A stretch of DNA of 32,000 nucleotides from Hormoscilla sp. GUM202 (lineage in GTDB: Bacteria; Cyanobacteriota; Cyanobacteriia; Cyanobacteriales; Desertifilaceae), in assembly GCA_005518205.2 (NCBI GenBank), contig RFFC02000018.1:25598-57597 (forward strand), written 5' to 3'. The notes below the pieces were generated by a model that had not been told where the DNA came from, did no database searches, and saw nothing but the letters and a program-made list of their open reading frames with translations. This document shows positions 16,275 to 23,855 of the stretch, piece after piece (position 1 is the first letter of the stretch; the number at the start of each line of letters is the position of its first letter). Both the position numbers and the translations under genes were made by a program.

Positions 16275-16436
16275 TATCGCTAATTTTCAATTGTTACCCT
16301 CTCTTCCTCTCGTTCTTCTCGTTCCCAGGTTCTACCTGGGAACGGTCTTCTGAGGCGGGAGCCTCCAATCAGCGCAGGAGTGCCGAGTCAAGATTGGAAT
16401 ATGTTGAATAAAATGGTATTACCGTACCATTTCTAA

Positions 16437-16586
16437 CTCAAGTTGCTACCTATAAAAATTCCACGTCCGAAACAGCCATTTTTGGCAATTGAATCCACCA
16501 AAATGCCATTTTGGGGTAAATTACAAGGCGATATGGGATGATAATGGTTGATCTTGACCTTGATTTTCTATAGGTAGCAACTTAGG
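16437..16586. repeat. MITE-like element of about 150 bp
   Basis: The terminal inverted repeats are CTCAAGTTGCTACCTATAAAAAT (16437-16459) and ATTTTCTATAGGTAGCAACTTAGG (16563-16586), with a perfect 14-bp core AGTTGCTACCTATA. It is AT-rich and non-coding and lies in the intergenic region between two minus-strand genes. Confidence 0.6.
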
Positions 16587-16619
16587 TTTTCTAGCATCTG
16601 ACAGTGGGCGCGGCCCACC

Positions 16620-18062
16620 CTACAGTGCTCCTGCTGCTGTTTGGTCGAGAATACTGCCACTAATGTGGGTAGTAATATTATGAGCTTCTAGCACGGGTTT
16701 TCCTTCCAGTCCTTTGGGGTAATCTATCACCGTAACTGCACAATTTCCCTGCTTAAATTTCCAGAAATGCTCTGGATACAAGCCAAACAATTGGCAGAGA
16801 ACCGCTTTATCGATCGCATCGTGGGCAACCACTAAACCTATACTGTTAGGGGGCGCTGATTTAACGACTTCATTCCAAGCTGCCATTCCCCGTTCCCAGA
16901 CCTGCTGCAAGTTTTCTCCCTCCGGCATTTGCACCGTTGCCGGAGCCGTTTTCCATTGCTCTAATTGACCGGGAAACCCTTTTTGAATTTCTGCTTCTAA
17001 CTTCCCTTCCCACAAACCGTGACTTATTTCTCTGAGTCCCTCAGACAGTTGCAGCTGCAAATGCGGGTGATGCTTTCGATGCCTCCCCTCTGGGGACGCG
17101 CTAATCGCACTACCCGAGAGGCATCGGAGAATAATTTCTGCTGTTTCCTTGGGGCGTAACATGGGACTAGAAAAGGCAAAATCAATCTTCACATCTTTGA
17201 GAAACTCCCCAGCTTTCTGGGACTGTTGGCGCCCGGTTTCATTCAGCGGAATATCATTCCATCCCTGAAAGCGTTTCTCGCGATTCCATTGTGTTTCCCC
17301 GTGACGCACTAACAACAGTCGGCAACCCCGATGTCCTTCTCGCGGTTTGGGGAAACTCTCTCCCATATGAGATGTGAGATTCATCGATTCTAGCTGCACT
17401 GCTTCGCCCAAATCTCCAGCAAAATTCAGCACGCTGATGCCGCAGTTAGACTGCTGGAGCGAATGGTAGTAAGCTGGTGGAATTTCCACAGCGCTTGCCA
17501 GCAAGCAACGGTTAATGCCGTTGTGCGCCACTACCATAATTGTCTTGCCTTGATGGCGAGGCAAAACTTCCTGCCAGAATTTCTTTGCTTGCTCGTAGAG
17601 TGCTAAAACTGGATAATGTTCTCTGTTTCCCTCTGGTTCGGGTACTAGCATGTGAAATTCATCGGGACGTTCCTTCCAGCAGCGGTAGTCGGCGGCAAAT
17701 TTTTCCTTTACCTCATCCCTGAGCATTTCTTCCCAGAGAGGCAGGTCGATCTCCCTCAAATTATCGAGCACACGCACTTCCGGCGATGCTTCTAAGCAGG
17801 AGGCGATAATTTGAGCCGTGCTTTTCGCCCGTTGCAGAGGACTACAGTAGATGGCATCAAAGCTGAGACTCTTCAGGGCCGCACCCACTTTGCTGGCGTC
17901 GGCACGACCTTTTTCCGTTAAGACTGAATTGTCACACCGGCCCTGAATGCGGCCCTCAATATTGTAACTGCTTTGACCGTGGCGGACTATAATAACGCGA
18001 GTAGTCAGGGTTTTATCCTCCGTATTTTGCGCGACAGCTGGATTTACATAATGCAACGCCAA
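16620..18062 (-). CDS. tandem histidine-phosphatase (phosphoglycerate-mutase-like) protein with in-frame repeat insertion
   Basis: There are two RHG domains (VIIVRHGQSSYNIEGRIQG and LLLVRHGETQWNREKRFQG). Residues RCLSGSAISASPEGRH are encoded by repeat 17077-17126. The apparent start is TTG and no upstream ATG exists. Confidence 0.85.
   Translation of the reverse strand: MALHYVNPAVAQNTEDKTLTTRVIIVRHGQSSYNIEGRIQGRCDNSVLTEKGRADASKVGAALKSLSFDAIYCSPLQRAKSTAQIIASCLEASPEVRVLDNLREIDLPLWEEMLRDEVKEKFAADYRCWKERPDEFHMLVPEPEGNREHYPVLALYEQAKKFWQEVLPRHQGKTIMVVAHNGINRCLLASAVEIPPAYYHSLQQSNCGISVLNFAGDLGEAVQLESMNLTSHMGESFPKPREGHRGCRLLLVRHGETQWNREKRFQGWNDIPLNETGRQQSQKAGEFLKDVKIDFAFSSPMLRPKETAEIILRCLSGSAISASPEGRHRKHHPHLQLQLSEGLREISHGLWEGKLEAEIQKGFPGQLEQWKTAPATVQMPEGENLQQVWERGMAAWNEVVKSAPPNSIGLVVAHDAIDKAVLCQLFGLYPEHFWKFKQGNCAVTVIDYPKGLEGKPVLEAHNITTHISGSILDQTAAGAL
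17077..17126. repeat. hairpin micro-repeat (composite unit) inside the phosphatase gene
   Basis: CGATGCCTC-CCCTCTGGGGACG-CGCTAATCGCACTA-CCCGAGAGGCATCG. The arms CGATGCCTC/GAGGCATCG pair with each other. The same right arm, CCCGAGAGGCATCG, is seen at 12050-12063. Confidence 0.8.
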
Positions 18063-18117
18063 TTATTTTACCCTGTCTGGGGCACTTTCTCCCATATAGC
18101 AACGGTCGGGGCGATCG

Positions 18118-18589
18118 CTAAAACCCCAAATACTTGCCCAATATAGCTTTCGCCTGGTTGAGTAGTTCAGTTTCCAGTTGACCCAACCGTTGTACCAGTC
18201 TGACTTTATCGAAGGTCATTGGTTCGACACAGATGAGCAAGCTATCTACCGATAAACCATTTTCTGCCGCTGTGTCCGCCGGGAGCGCTACTCGCACTAC
18301 CCGGCGGACACAGGATGATGGTACGACCACCACAGCAGGAGAAATTCTAGGATCGTATGGCTGCGCCACGCTGCGCGATCGGACGGGCGGGCTTGCGCAG
18401 TCACCTTGTGCGCTGGGCATTAAACACAGAAGCAGAAATTACCAGGGCTGGACGTGTTTGGCGAAATTCAGTGCCTACTGACGGTTCAAACCTGACTATC
18501 CAGATGCTTCCCGATCGTTTACCGATCCACCCACCCATGTCGTTGCCTGCTGGCGAACGACAGGGTGGGTGAAGAGGAAACGAGTCCAT
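18118..18589 (-). pseudogene. mazF: mazF/pemK-type toxin gene broken by repeat insertions
   Basis: The N-terminal part SGSIWIVRFEPSVGTEFRQTRPALVISASVFNAQ and the C-terminal part ISPAVVVVPSS...ENGLSVDSLLICVEPMTFDKVRLVQRLGQLETELLNQAKAILGKYLGF are in different frames. They are separated by repeat 18355-18415. A second loop unit (18272-18311) is inserted in frame, and the 5' end is replaced by the 74-nt repeat. Confidence 0.7.
18514..18587 (+). repeat. 74-nt long-hairpin repeat, copy 2
   Basis: It has the same sequence and orientation as 14426-14499 (73 of 74 identical) and sits between the decayed antitoxin and toxin genes. Confidence 0.85.
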
Positions 18590-18770
18590 AATCGCTCTGT
18601 TCTGCCATTCTTCATCCCAGCCTAAATCTAGTTCATCAACCAGTCTACAAGCCTCCGCTAGGGCCTTGTCTTCCTGCTGCTGCCGCCATTGTTGAGGCGC
18701 TACGGTTGTCTACCTTTTGGTCTAGGTATGCCAGCAAGTCATCGGGCATGGAAATAGAAATATTTGTCAT
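18590..18770 (-). pseudogene. ribbon-helix-helix antitoxin gene (mazE-like) with frameshift
   Basis: The ATG is at 18770 on the minus strand: MTNISISMPDDLLAYLDQKVDNRSA. The frame then changes to PQQWRQQQEDKALAEACRLVDELDLGWDEEWQNRAI. Neither half reaches the ORF-track cutoff. Confidence 0.55.
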
Positions 18771-18833
18771 TTACTTTGCCATTTGCTACGATGAGTTCTA
18801 CTTTGATTAGCATAGCAATAAAAATACGGCTCT

Positions 18834-20378
18834 GTGGCCCTAAAGCGTGCCACGATCGAACCGATCGATACTATTGACAACGGACGAATGACTATCAAGC
18901 GGTTTATTTTAGGTGCCCTGACGGTTTTTGCTCTGGCCCTAGTTGGTCTGTCTCTGTACAGCAGCTGGAGTCAGCCTCAGTTTCAAGGTCGTCTGGAACT
19001 CTACGAAACTAATCTCTTACTCCAAGCTAGCGAGTGGGAGGGTGGTTCCGACGATGGGCGTCGAGCGTCTGTACGTGAGATCCTGCTAGGGGAAGGCGTG
19101 ACTGAAACGGCTTTACAACAGTATCTCAATGCCCGCGATCGGGCCCAGTCCTTACTAGACCAACTCCAGATGCAACTCCCACAGTCTGTTGATCCCAGCA
19201 TCCCCGGGCAAATATCTCAGCTGCACAATGAAATCGATCGACTGGATCTGCGCCTCTGCATTTTACAGATAGCTACCGATCAAACCGAGGCCGCAATGGA
19301 TACCTGGGACAATTTATCTGACTCTTCAAGGTTGGTTAATACTGCTATCCTCTTAGAGGGACTTTGGAAAGATCCTCCCCGCTTCCCCGCTGATGCTGAG
19401 ATCCAAATTAACGAACAGTTGGACGGATGGTTCCGCTATCAAGCTTTATCGCGACTTTATCAATTACAGAAACGCCAGGACTTATTTGGGGCCCTGTCCG
19501 CTGCGGAACAAGAATTGGCCCAGGAAGCTTTTTTCAAGTTAGTGCTAGCTAGCGGTATTCAAACTTTAGCCGCAGTCTTGGGGACAGGATTGTTAATTTT
19601 TATTCTGGTCCAGCGGCTGCTGAAAGGTAAAGAATCCCTCTGGACTCAGAATGTCGATCTTTCCTGGTTCGCCCCTTGGGATCTAGAAACGATTTTGCAG
19701 GTACTCGTCCTCGGGTTTTTCTTTGTCGGACAAATTCTCATCCCCCTGTTCTTGCAGTTGCTGCCCATCAACGAAGCTGCTGCTGGAGCTACCACTCAGG
19801 CTTTTTATATTCTGGTAAATTATCTGCTACTCGCTTTGGGGGGCTTGTTAGTATTAGTGCTATCTGTAAAGCGATTTTTACCCTTGCCCAGCCCTTGGTT
19901 TCGTTTTGATTGGCTAGAATATCAATGGTTAGGATGGGGACTGGGTGGCTTTCTGGCTGCCATGCCTTTGGTGATTGCCGTATCTTTGATTAATCAGCAG
20001 TTCTGGCAAGGACAGGGGGGCAGTAATCCCATTCTGCCTCTCGCTTTGCAGGGTCGCGAACCCTTGGCGATCGCCATTTTCTTCCTGACTGCCTCGGTCG
20101 CTGCACCTGTCTTTGAGGAAATCATCTTCCGAGGGTTTCTCTTGCCCTCTTTAACTCGCTATTTTCCCCTTTGGGGGGCGATCGCCTTTTCGAGTCTCTT
20201 ATTTTCTGTTGCGCACCTGAATCTCTCGGAAGTCCTGCCTCTGATGACTTTAGGCATGGTCCTGGGGTTCGTTTATACCCGATCGGGCAATCTCCTAGCT
20301 CCCATTTTACTCCACAGTCTCTGGAATGGCAGTACCTTATTCACTCTCTTCCTCCTCGGCAGTGGTGCCAATGGTTAA
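18834..20378 (+). CDS. CPBP-family intramembrane metalloprotease (CAAX protease/Abi-like)
   Basis: The C-terminal domain has the motifs EEIIFRGFLLPSL, FSVAHLN and LHSLWNG, with multiple TM segments. The ATG at 18888 (MTIKRFILGAL) is a likelier start than the GTG at 18834. Confidence 0.8.
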   Translation: MALKRATIEPIDTIDNGRMTIKRFILGALTVFALALVGLSLYSSWSQPQFQGRLELYETNLLLQASEWEGGSDDGRRASVREILLGEGVTETALQQYLNARDRAQSLLDQLQMQLPQSVDPSIPGQISQLHNEIDRLDLRLCILQIATDQTEAAMDTWDNLSDSSRLVNTAILLEGLWKDPPRFPADAEIQINEQLDGWFRYQALSRLYQLQKRQDLFGALSAAEQELAQEAFFKLVLASGIQTLAAVLGTGLLIFILVQRLLKGKESLWTQNVDLSWFAPWDLETILQVLVLGFFFVGQILIPLFLQLLPINEAAAGATTQAFYILVNYLLLALGGLLVLVLSVKRFLPLPSPWFRFDWLEYQWLGWGLGGFLAAMPLVIAVSLINQQFWQGQGGSNPILPLALQGREPLAIAIFFLTASVAAPVFEEIIFRGFLLPSLTRYFPLWGAIAFSSLLFSVAHLNLSEVLPLMTLGMVLGFVYTRSGNLLAPILLHSLWNGSTLFTLFLLGSGANG

Positions 20379-20512
20379 GCAATTCAAAATTCTTGCATTG
20401 GGAAAAAATTGCATAACAAGGAACTCAGCTTTTCTCGTTATGCAATTTAAATGCGCGACAGCTTAATATCGTAGGTTTGGTTAAGCTAAGCGCGAAACCC
20501 AACCTACCGTGA

Positions 20513-20567
20513 CTTACAACTGACCACTTACAACTGACCACTCACAACTTACAATTAACCATTAACC
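20513..20567. repeat. heptamer-based short tandem repeat (STRR-like)
   Basis: CTTACAA CTGACCA CTTACAA CTGACCA CTCACAA CTTACAA TTAACCA TTAACC, lying between convergent genes. Confidence 0.8.
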
Positions 20568-21293
20568 GTCCAACTCTGGTAAGTCACCAAAGCGTTGACG
20601 ATAGCGTTCAACTAACTCAGCTAATGATGCTGTTTCCCTTTGGGCAAATTCTGCTTGCAGTTGAGCTTGTTGAGCGATTTCTTCTGATGTCTGATACCGA
20701 GTACCGTTTTCGTCATACCAGCATAGCACCTCCCGCCGCAGCCCGCCTGGAGATGCGTGAGCCCTCCCTATTCCCAAGCCTATTTCCGGCATCCAGAATG
20801 GTTCTCCTATTTGCGGCACGTATTCCCCATCTACCAAGCGATATACTACAAAAGGTGTTTGTCTATCCCGTCGCCAATACTCCGGGTTGTACACCACATA
20901 GTATAGCACCCCCAGTCGGGAATATATGTTCATTTTTCTATCATATTCTCCTCCATAATTACGAGATACAATCTCCAGCACCAATGTTGGTACTACATCA
21001 TTTTCTTCCCAGACTACATAGCTTGTGCGCGAACCATTGTTCTTTCTCCGTTCCACGCCTAAGCTGAGAAAGCCATCTGGCACAACTGGCACTAACGTAC
21101 TCACGCCCGTCGTATGATATACGGCCATATCCACGCCCCAAAACCAGTCCTGACGTTCGGGCCAGATAAACGCCAGTAAGAATAGCAGGAAATTGGGAAT
21201 AAAATTTTGCTCTTCGTTATCCACAGGGGTATCATCCGAACAAGGTAACTCCTCGCTAGTTGGTAAATCTAGCTTCTCCGATAGTTTTACCAT
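20562..21293 (-). CDS. Uma2-family (DUF820) restriction-endonuclease-like protein
   Basis: The family pattern is VVPDGFLSLGV ... VPTLVLEIVSRNYGGEYDRKMNIYSRLGVLYYVVYNPE (PD...E-x-S/K), followed by a C-terminal coiled extension. Confidence 0.85.
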   Translation of the reverse strand: MVKLSEKLDLPTSEELPCSDDTPVDNEEQNFIPNFLLFLLAFIWPERQDWFWGVDMAVYHTTGVSTLVPVVPDGFLSLGVERRKNNGSRTSYVVWEENDVVPTLVLEIVSRNYGGEYDRKMNIYSRLGVLYYVVYNPEYWRRDRQTPFVVYRLVDGEYVPQIGEPFWMPEIGLGIGRAHASPGGLRREVLCWYDENGTRYQTSEEIAQQAQLQAEFAQRETASLAELVERYRQRFGDLPELDG

Positions 21294-21438
21294 TTCTCAC
21301 TCTCCTCATCTTTGGGGATGCTAATGGTTAACCATACTTAACTTTCCCATGTCCCATTACATCAGAAATTAGTCCTTTCCACACCAATGATATCGTCATA
21401 GGCAGCAGCATACTAAAAAACTGGTAATTTCCGGAAAA

Positions 21439-22704
21439 TTATCCCCATTTATACGCATATCCATCTCTTCTGAAGACAGGTTTTAGGTCTATTGGCTTGA
21501 CTGACTTCTGGGTTTTGTCAGGTTTGGTCAACACAAAACTACCCCGACTTCTAGGAGTAATTCTACCTATCCCATGTACTTTATGCTTGGCAATATCGCC
21601 AGTTTGCCATCCCTTAATGGGCTTTAATGGATTGTGACGGATTGGATATCCGTACTTGTTAAGAGCTGCTTTTTGACGACCTCCACGCCCCTTACAAGTA
21701 ATTAGTAGTGGTTGAGTAGTTGAGATTTTTAACATGGGGGTACTTTTACCCACACAAGCTGCATCTAACCAATGAGTTTTAGGTAGCCCTTGAAGAGTCC
21801 GGTTGTATTTTGTTAAACCTCCCGTGCCAGTTTCAATAGTTAATCCAGTTTCCTTAAGGCGGTTAAACAATGCCCATCGGGTAGAATTGACTGCCGCTGC
21901 ATCTTTTAGGGGTGCTTTTGCTTGCGCTAGCAAGCGCTTCAAAACTTCGGGCCTCTTTTTTAAGAATTGCTCGACAGCAGAGGCTGCTTTTTTCTGGTTG
22001 CATTTATGGCAAGCGATAGCGAGATTACTAACTCTGTCAGAGCCTCCCTTACTCTTAGGATGAATATGTTCTATTTCTAACGGGACTTCTTTTGCACCGC
22101 AGTAAGCGCACTGGTGCCGCCATTTCGTTAAGAGATATTCCCTTAATTCGTATCCAAACAAGACTCCCTGCTGATACTCGACCCCTGATATCTCAGGGTT
22201 TTGCAGCTTTTGCATGTCGAACCGCACCAGCTCCATTGAGATGTCCGTTATCGGGCAATACTTCCGCAAGCGCTTGACCCAGGTCATAGTCGTTTCTACT
22301 CGATGTTGCAGGCTAGGAGTTAGCCATCCTAGGGGGCGCTTCCTGTTATTGAATCTCGCAGGACGGTAGCGAGTTTTACGATTGCGACGGTTGCGGCGAA
22401 CAACACGGCGGAAGCTCAACTTTTGCCGTATTATATCTCCTCTGTGACTCAATTCTGCTGCCCAGACAACTGTACCAGTCCTCTCATTAACTAGCGCAAT
22501 ACCAGTCACCTTAGCTCCCGGGTCTAATTTAATCCGATAAGGTTCATTACCGGGAGTTCCAACAGTTTTTCTGAGAATAATCGTAAACGGATAAGTCCTA
22601 AACACTGCTGCCTTTCCCTGCTTCAAAAGCTTTCTCGCTCTGGCCGGATGAGTTGAACTGAGCGGTTGCTTATTGGCATCTAAAACGAAAATACAATTTT
22701 GCAT
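21439..22704 (-). CDS. iscB: IscB RNA-guided nuclease (HNH + split RuvC, OMEGA system effector)
   Basis: 421 aa. The domains read in order as follows. PLMP-like N-terminus: FVLDANKQPLSSTHPARARKLLKQGKA. RuvC-I: IKLDPGAKVTGIAL. Arg-rich bridge helix: RRNRRNRKTRYRPARFNNRKRPLGWLTPSLQH, where the ARFNNRKRPxGWLTP block matches what I recall of characterised IscB. RuvC-II: ISMELVRFD. HNH: CAYCG..LEIEHIHPKSKGGSDRVSNLAIACHKCNQKK. RuvC-III: THWLDAACVG. Confidence 0.9.
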   Translation of the reverse strand: MQNCIFVLDANKQPLSSTHPARARKLLKQGKAAVFRTYPFTIILRKTVGTPGNEPYRIKLDPGAKVTGIALVNERTGTVVWAAELSHRGDIIRQKLSFRRVVRRNRRNRKTRYRPARFNNRKRPLGWLTPSLQHRVETTMTWVKRLRKYCPITDISMELVRFDMQKLQNPEISGVEYQQGVLFGYELREYLLTKWRHQCAYCGAKEVPLEIEHIHPKSKGGSDRVSNLAIACHKCNQKKAASAVEQFLKKRPEVLKRLLAQAKAPLKDAAAVNSTRWALFNRLKETGLTIETGTGGLTKYNRTLQGLPKTHWLDAACVGKSTPMLKISTTQPLLITCKGRGGRQKAALNKYGYPIRHNPLKPIKGWQTGDIAKHKVHGIGRITPRSRGSFVLTKPDKTQKSVKPIDLKPVFRRDGYAYKWG

Positions 22705-22928
22705 TTAAGCAACTCCCAAAAAAGGGGTAAAGTTTGCCTCGGTCATGTTAAGGGAGCTTTTTACATCTAACTCACGCGGTCCTACAAAATCCATTCGTTC
22801 CGTTCCTTAAAGCTAGACGACAGAGCTACGAGCTGGCGCTCACCCGTAGGTATCATGACTCCCCTAACGTAGGTCTGATCCTGGACCTGCATCTTGCATC
22901 TCCCCAAGGGAGATAATTACCGGTATTG
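22705..22928 (-). ncRNA. candidate IscB omega RNA (HEARO-class) scaffold
   Basis: This non-coding gap of about 220 nt lies immediately 5' of iscB on the same strand, which is the canonical position of the omega RNA. It is rich in stems (minus strand): ATCTCCC-ttg-GGGAGAT, AGGTC-caggatca-GACCT, AGCT-cgt-AGCT, and AGCTCCC...GGGAGTT next to the start codon. The exact 5' end and guide were not determined. Confidence 0.65.
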
Positions 22929-22945
22929 CCGGTAATTACCGGATT

Positions 22946-23551
22946 TTATGCAAGAGCTATTACACAGTAAGATAAAGGTATCGTTACCAACAGCCCTAGT
23001 CCTAGTAGCAGCAGGCCACCTAGGTTAATCAAGGCCAAAATTAAGGCCAACCCCAAAAATGAGAACCATTCCTTAGTGACGATTTTTCTACTTGTTTCCA
23101 TCCCTTGCCAAAAATCCATTCTTCTGTCCAAGATAATGGGATATGTGAGCAAATAGGATATTACCAGGTAAATTCCCGGAAGGATTAGTAAAATTGTCCC
23201 CAGCAATATTAAAATAAGCGCAACTAAGTCTGCTAACACCAGGGGCACAAAATAGTTGAACCCCTTAAAGAAGTCTCCTATCACCGTTGACTGTTTTTTG
23301 ACAATCTGTAATGCCGCAATGAGAAGACCTGCGCTTAGTGGTCCATAAATCACTATGAACGCCGGATACGAGATTCTTGGAACCATTTGTTCGAGGGCCA
23401 TACTGACAACGAACAACAAAACAGTAAAGCCCAGAAAAAGACAGATTTTTTGCTTGAATATTTGCCAACCTTCACTGATATATTTGCCAATTTTTACTGT
23501 GTAGCCTTCGCTAATTACAGTTTGCAAGTTTTTCGGAATGTTCTCAGACAT
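22946..23551 (-). CDS. integral membrane protein, function unknown
   Basis: Hydrophobic ORF. The likely start is the ATG at 23551 (MSENIPKNLQTVISEGYTVKIGKYISEGWQIFKQ...) rather than the track start at 23587. It is co-directional with, and ends 3 nt from, the palindrome at the iscB element end. Confidence 0.65.
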   Translation of the reverse strand: MSENIPKNLQTVISEGYTVKIGKYISEGWQIFKQKICLFLGFTVLLFVVSMALEQMVPRISYPAFIVIYGPLSAGLLIAALQIVKKQSTVIGDFFKGFNYFVPLVLADLVALILILLGTILLILPGIYLVISYLLTYPIILDRRMDFWQGMETSRKIVTKEWFSFLGLALILALINLGGLLLLGLGLLVTIPLSYCVIALA

Positions 23552-23855
23552 AATTATCGCTCCGCAACAAAGGATATCAGCCATCAACTCGCGCCAGTCG
23601 GAACTAGAACGGCAAGGGGCCGCTATTTCAGGATATCAGATAATTTCGCTAATCGGGCAGTAATATAACTCATATCTTACATCTATCCCTGACTCGGGTA
23701 CAAAGAACCTTTCGTTTCAGGATATCATAACTCAGATATGCCGGATTGTCAACCAAAAGCCAGGATAATAAAAAAATCATAAAAAATAGATAATTTCGCA
23801 GCATTACGACTAAGATACTAAAAAAAGGTAATTTATTGCTATCCCATTCAGTTAT

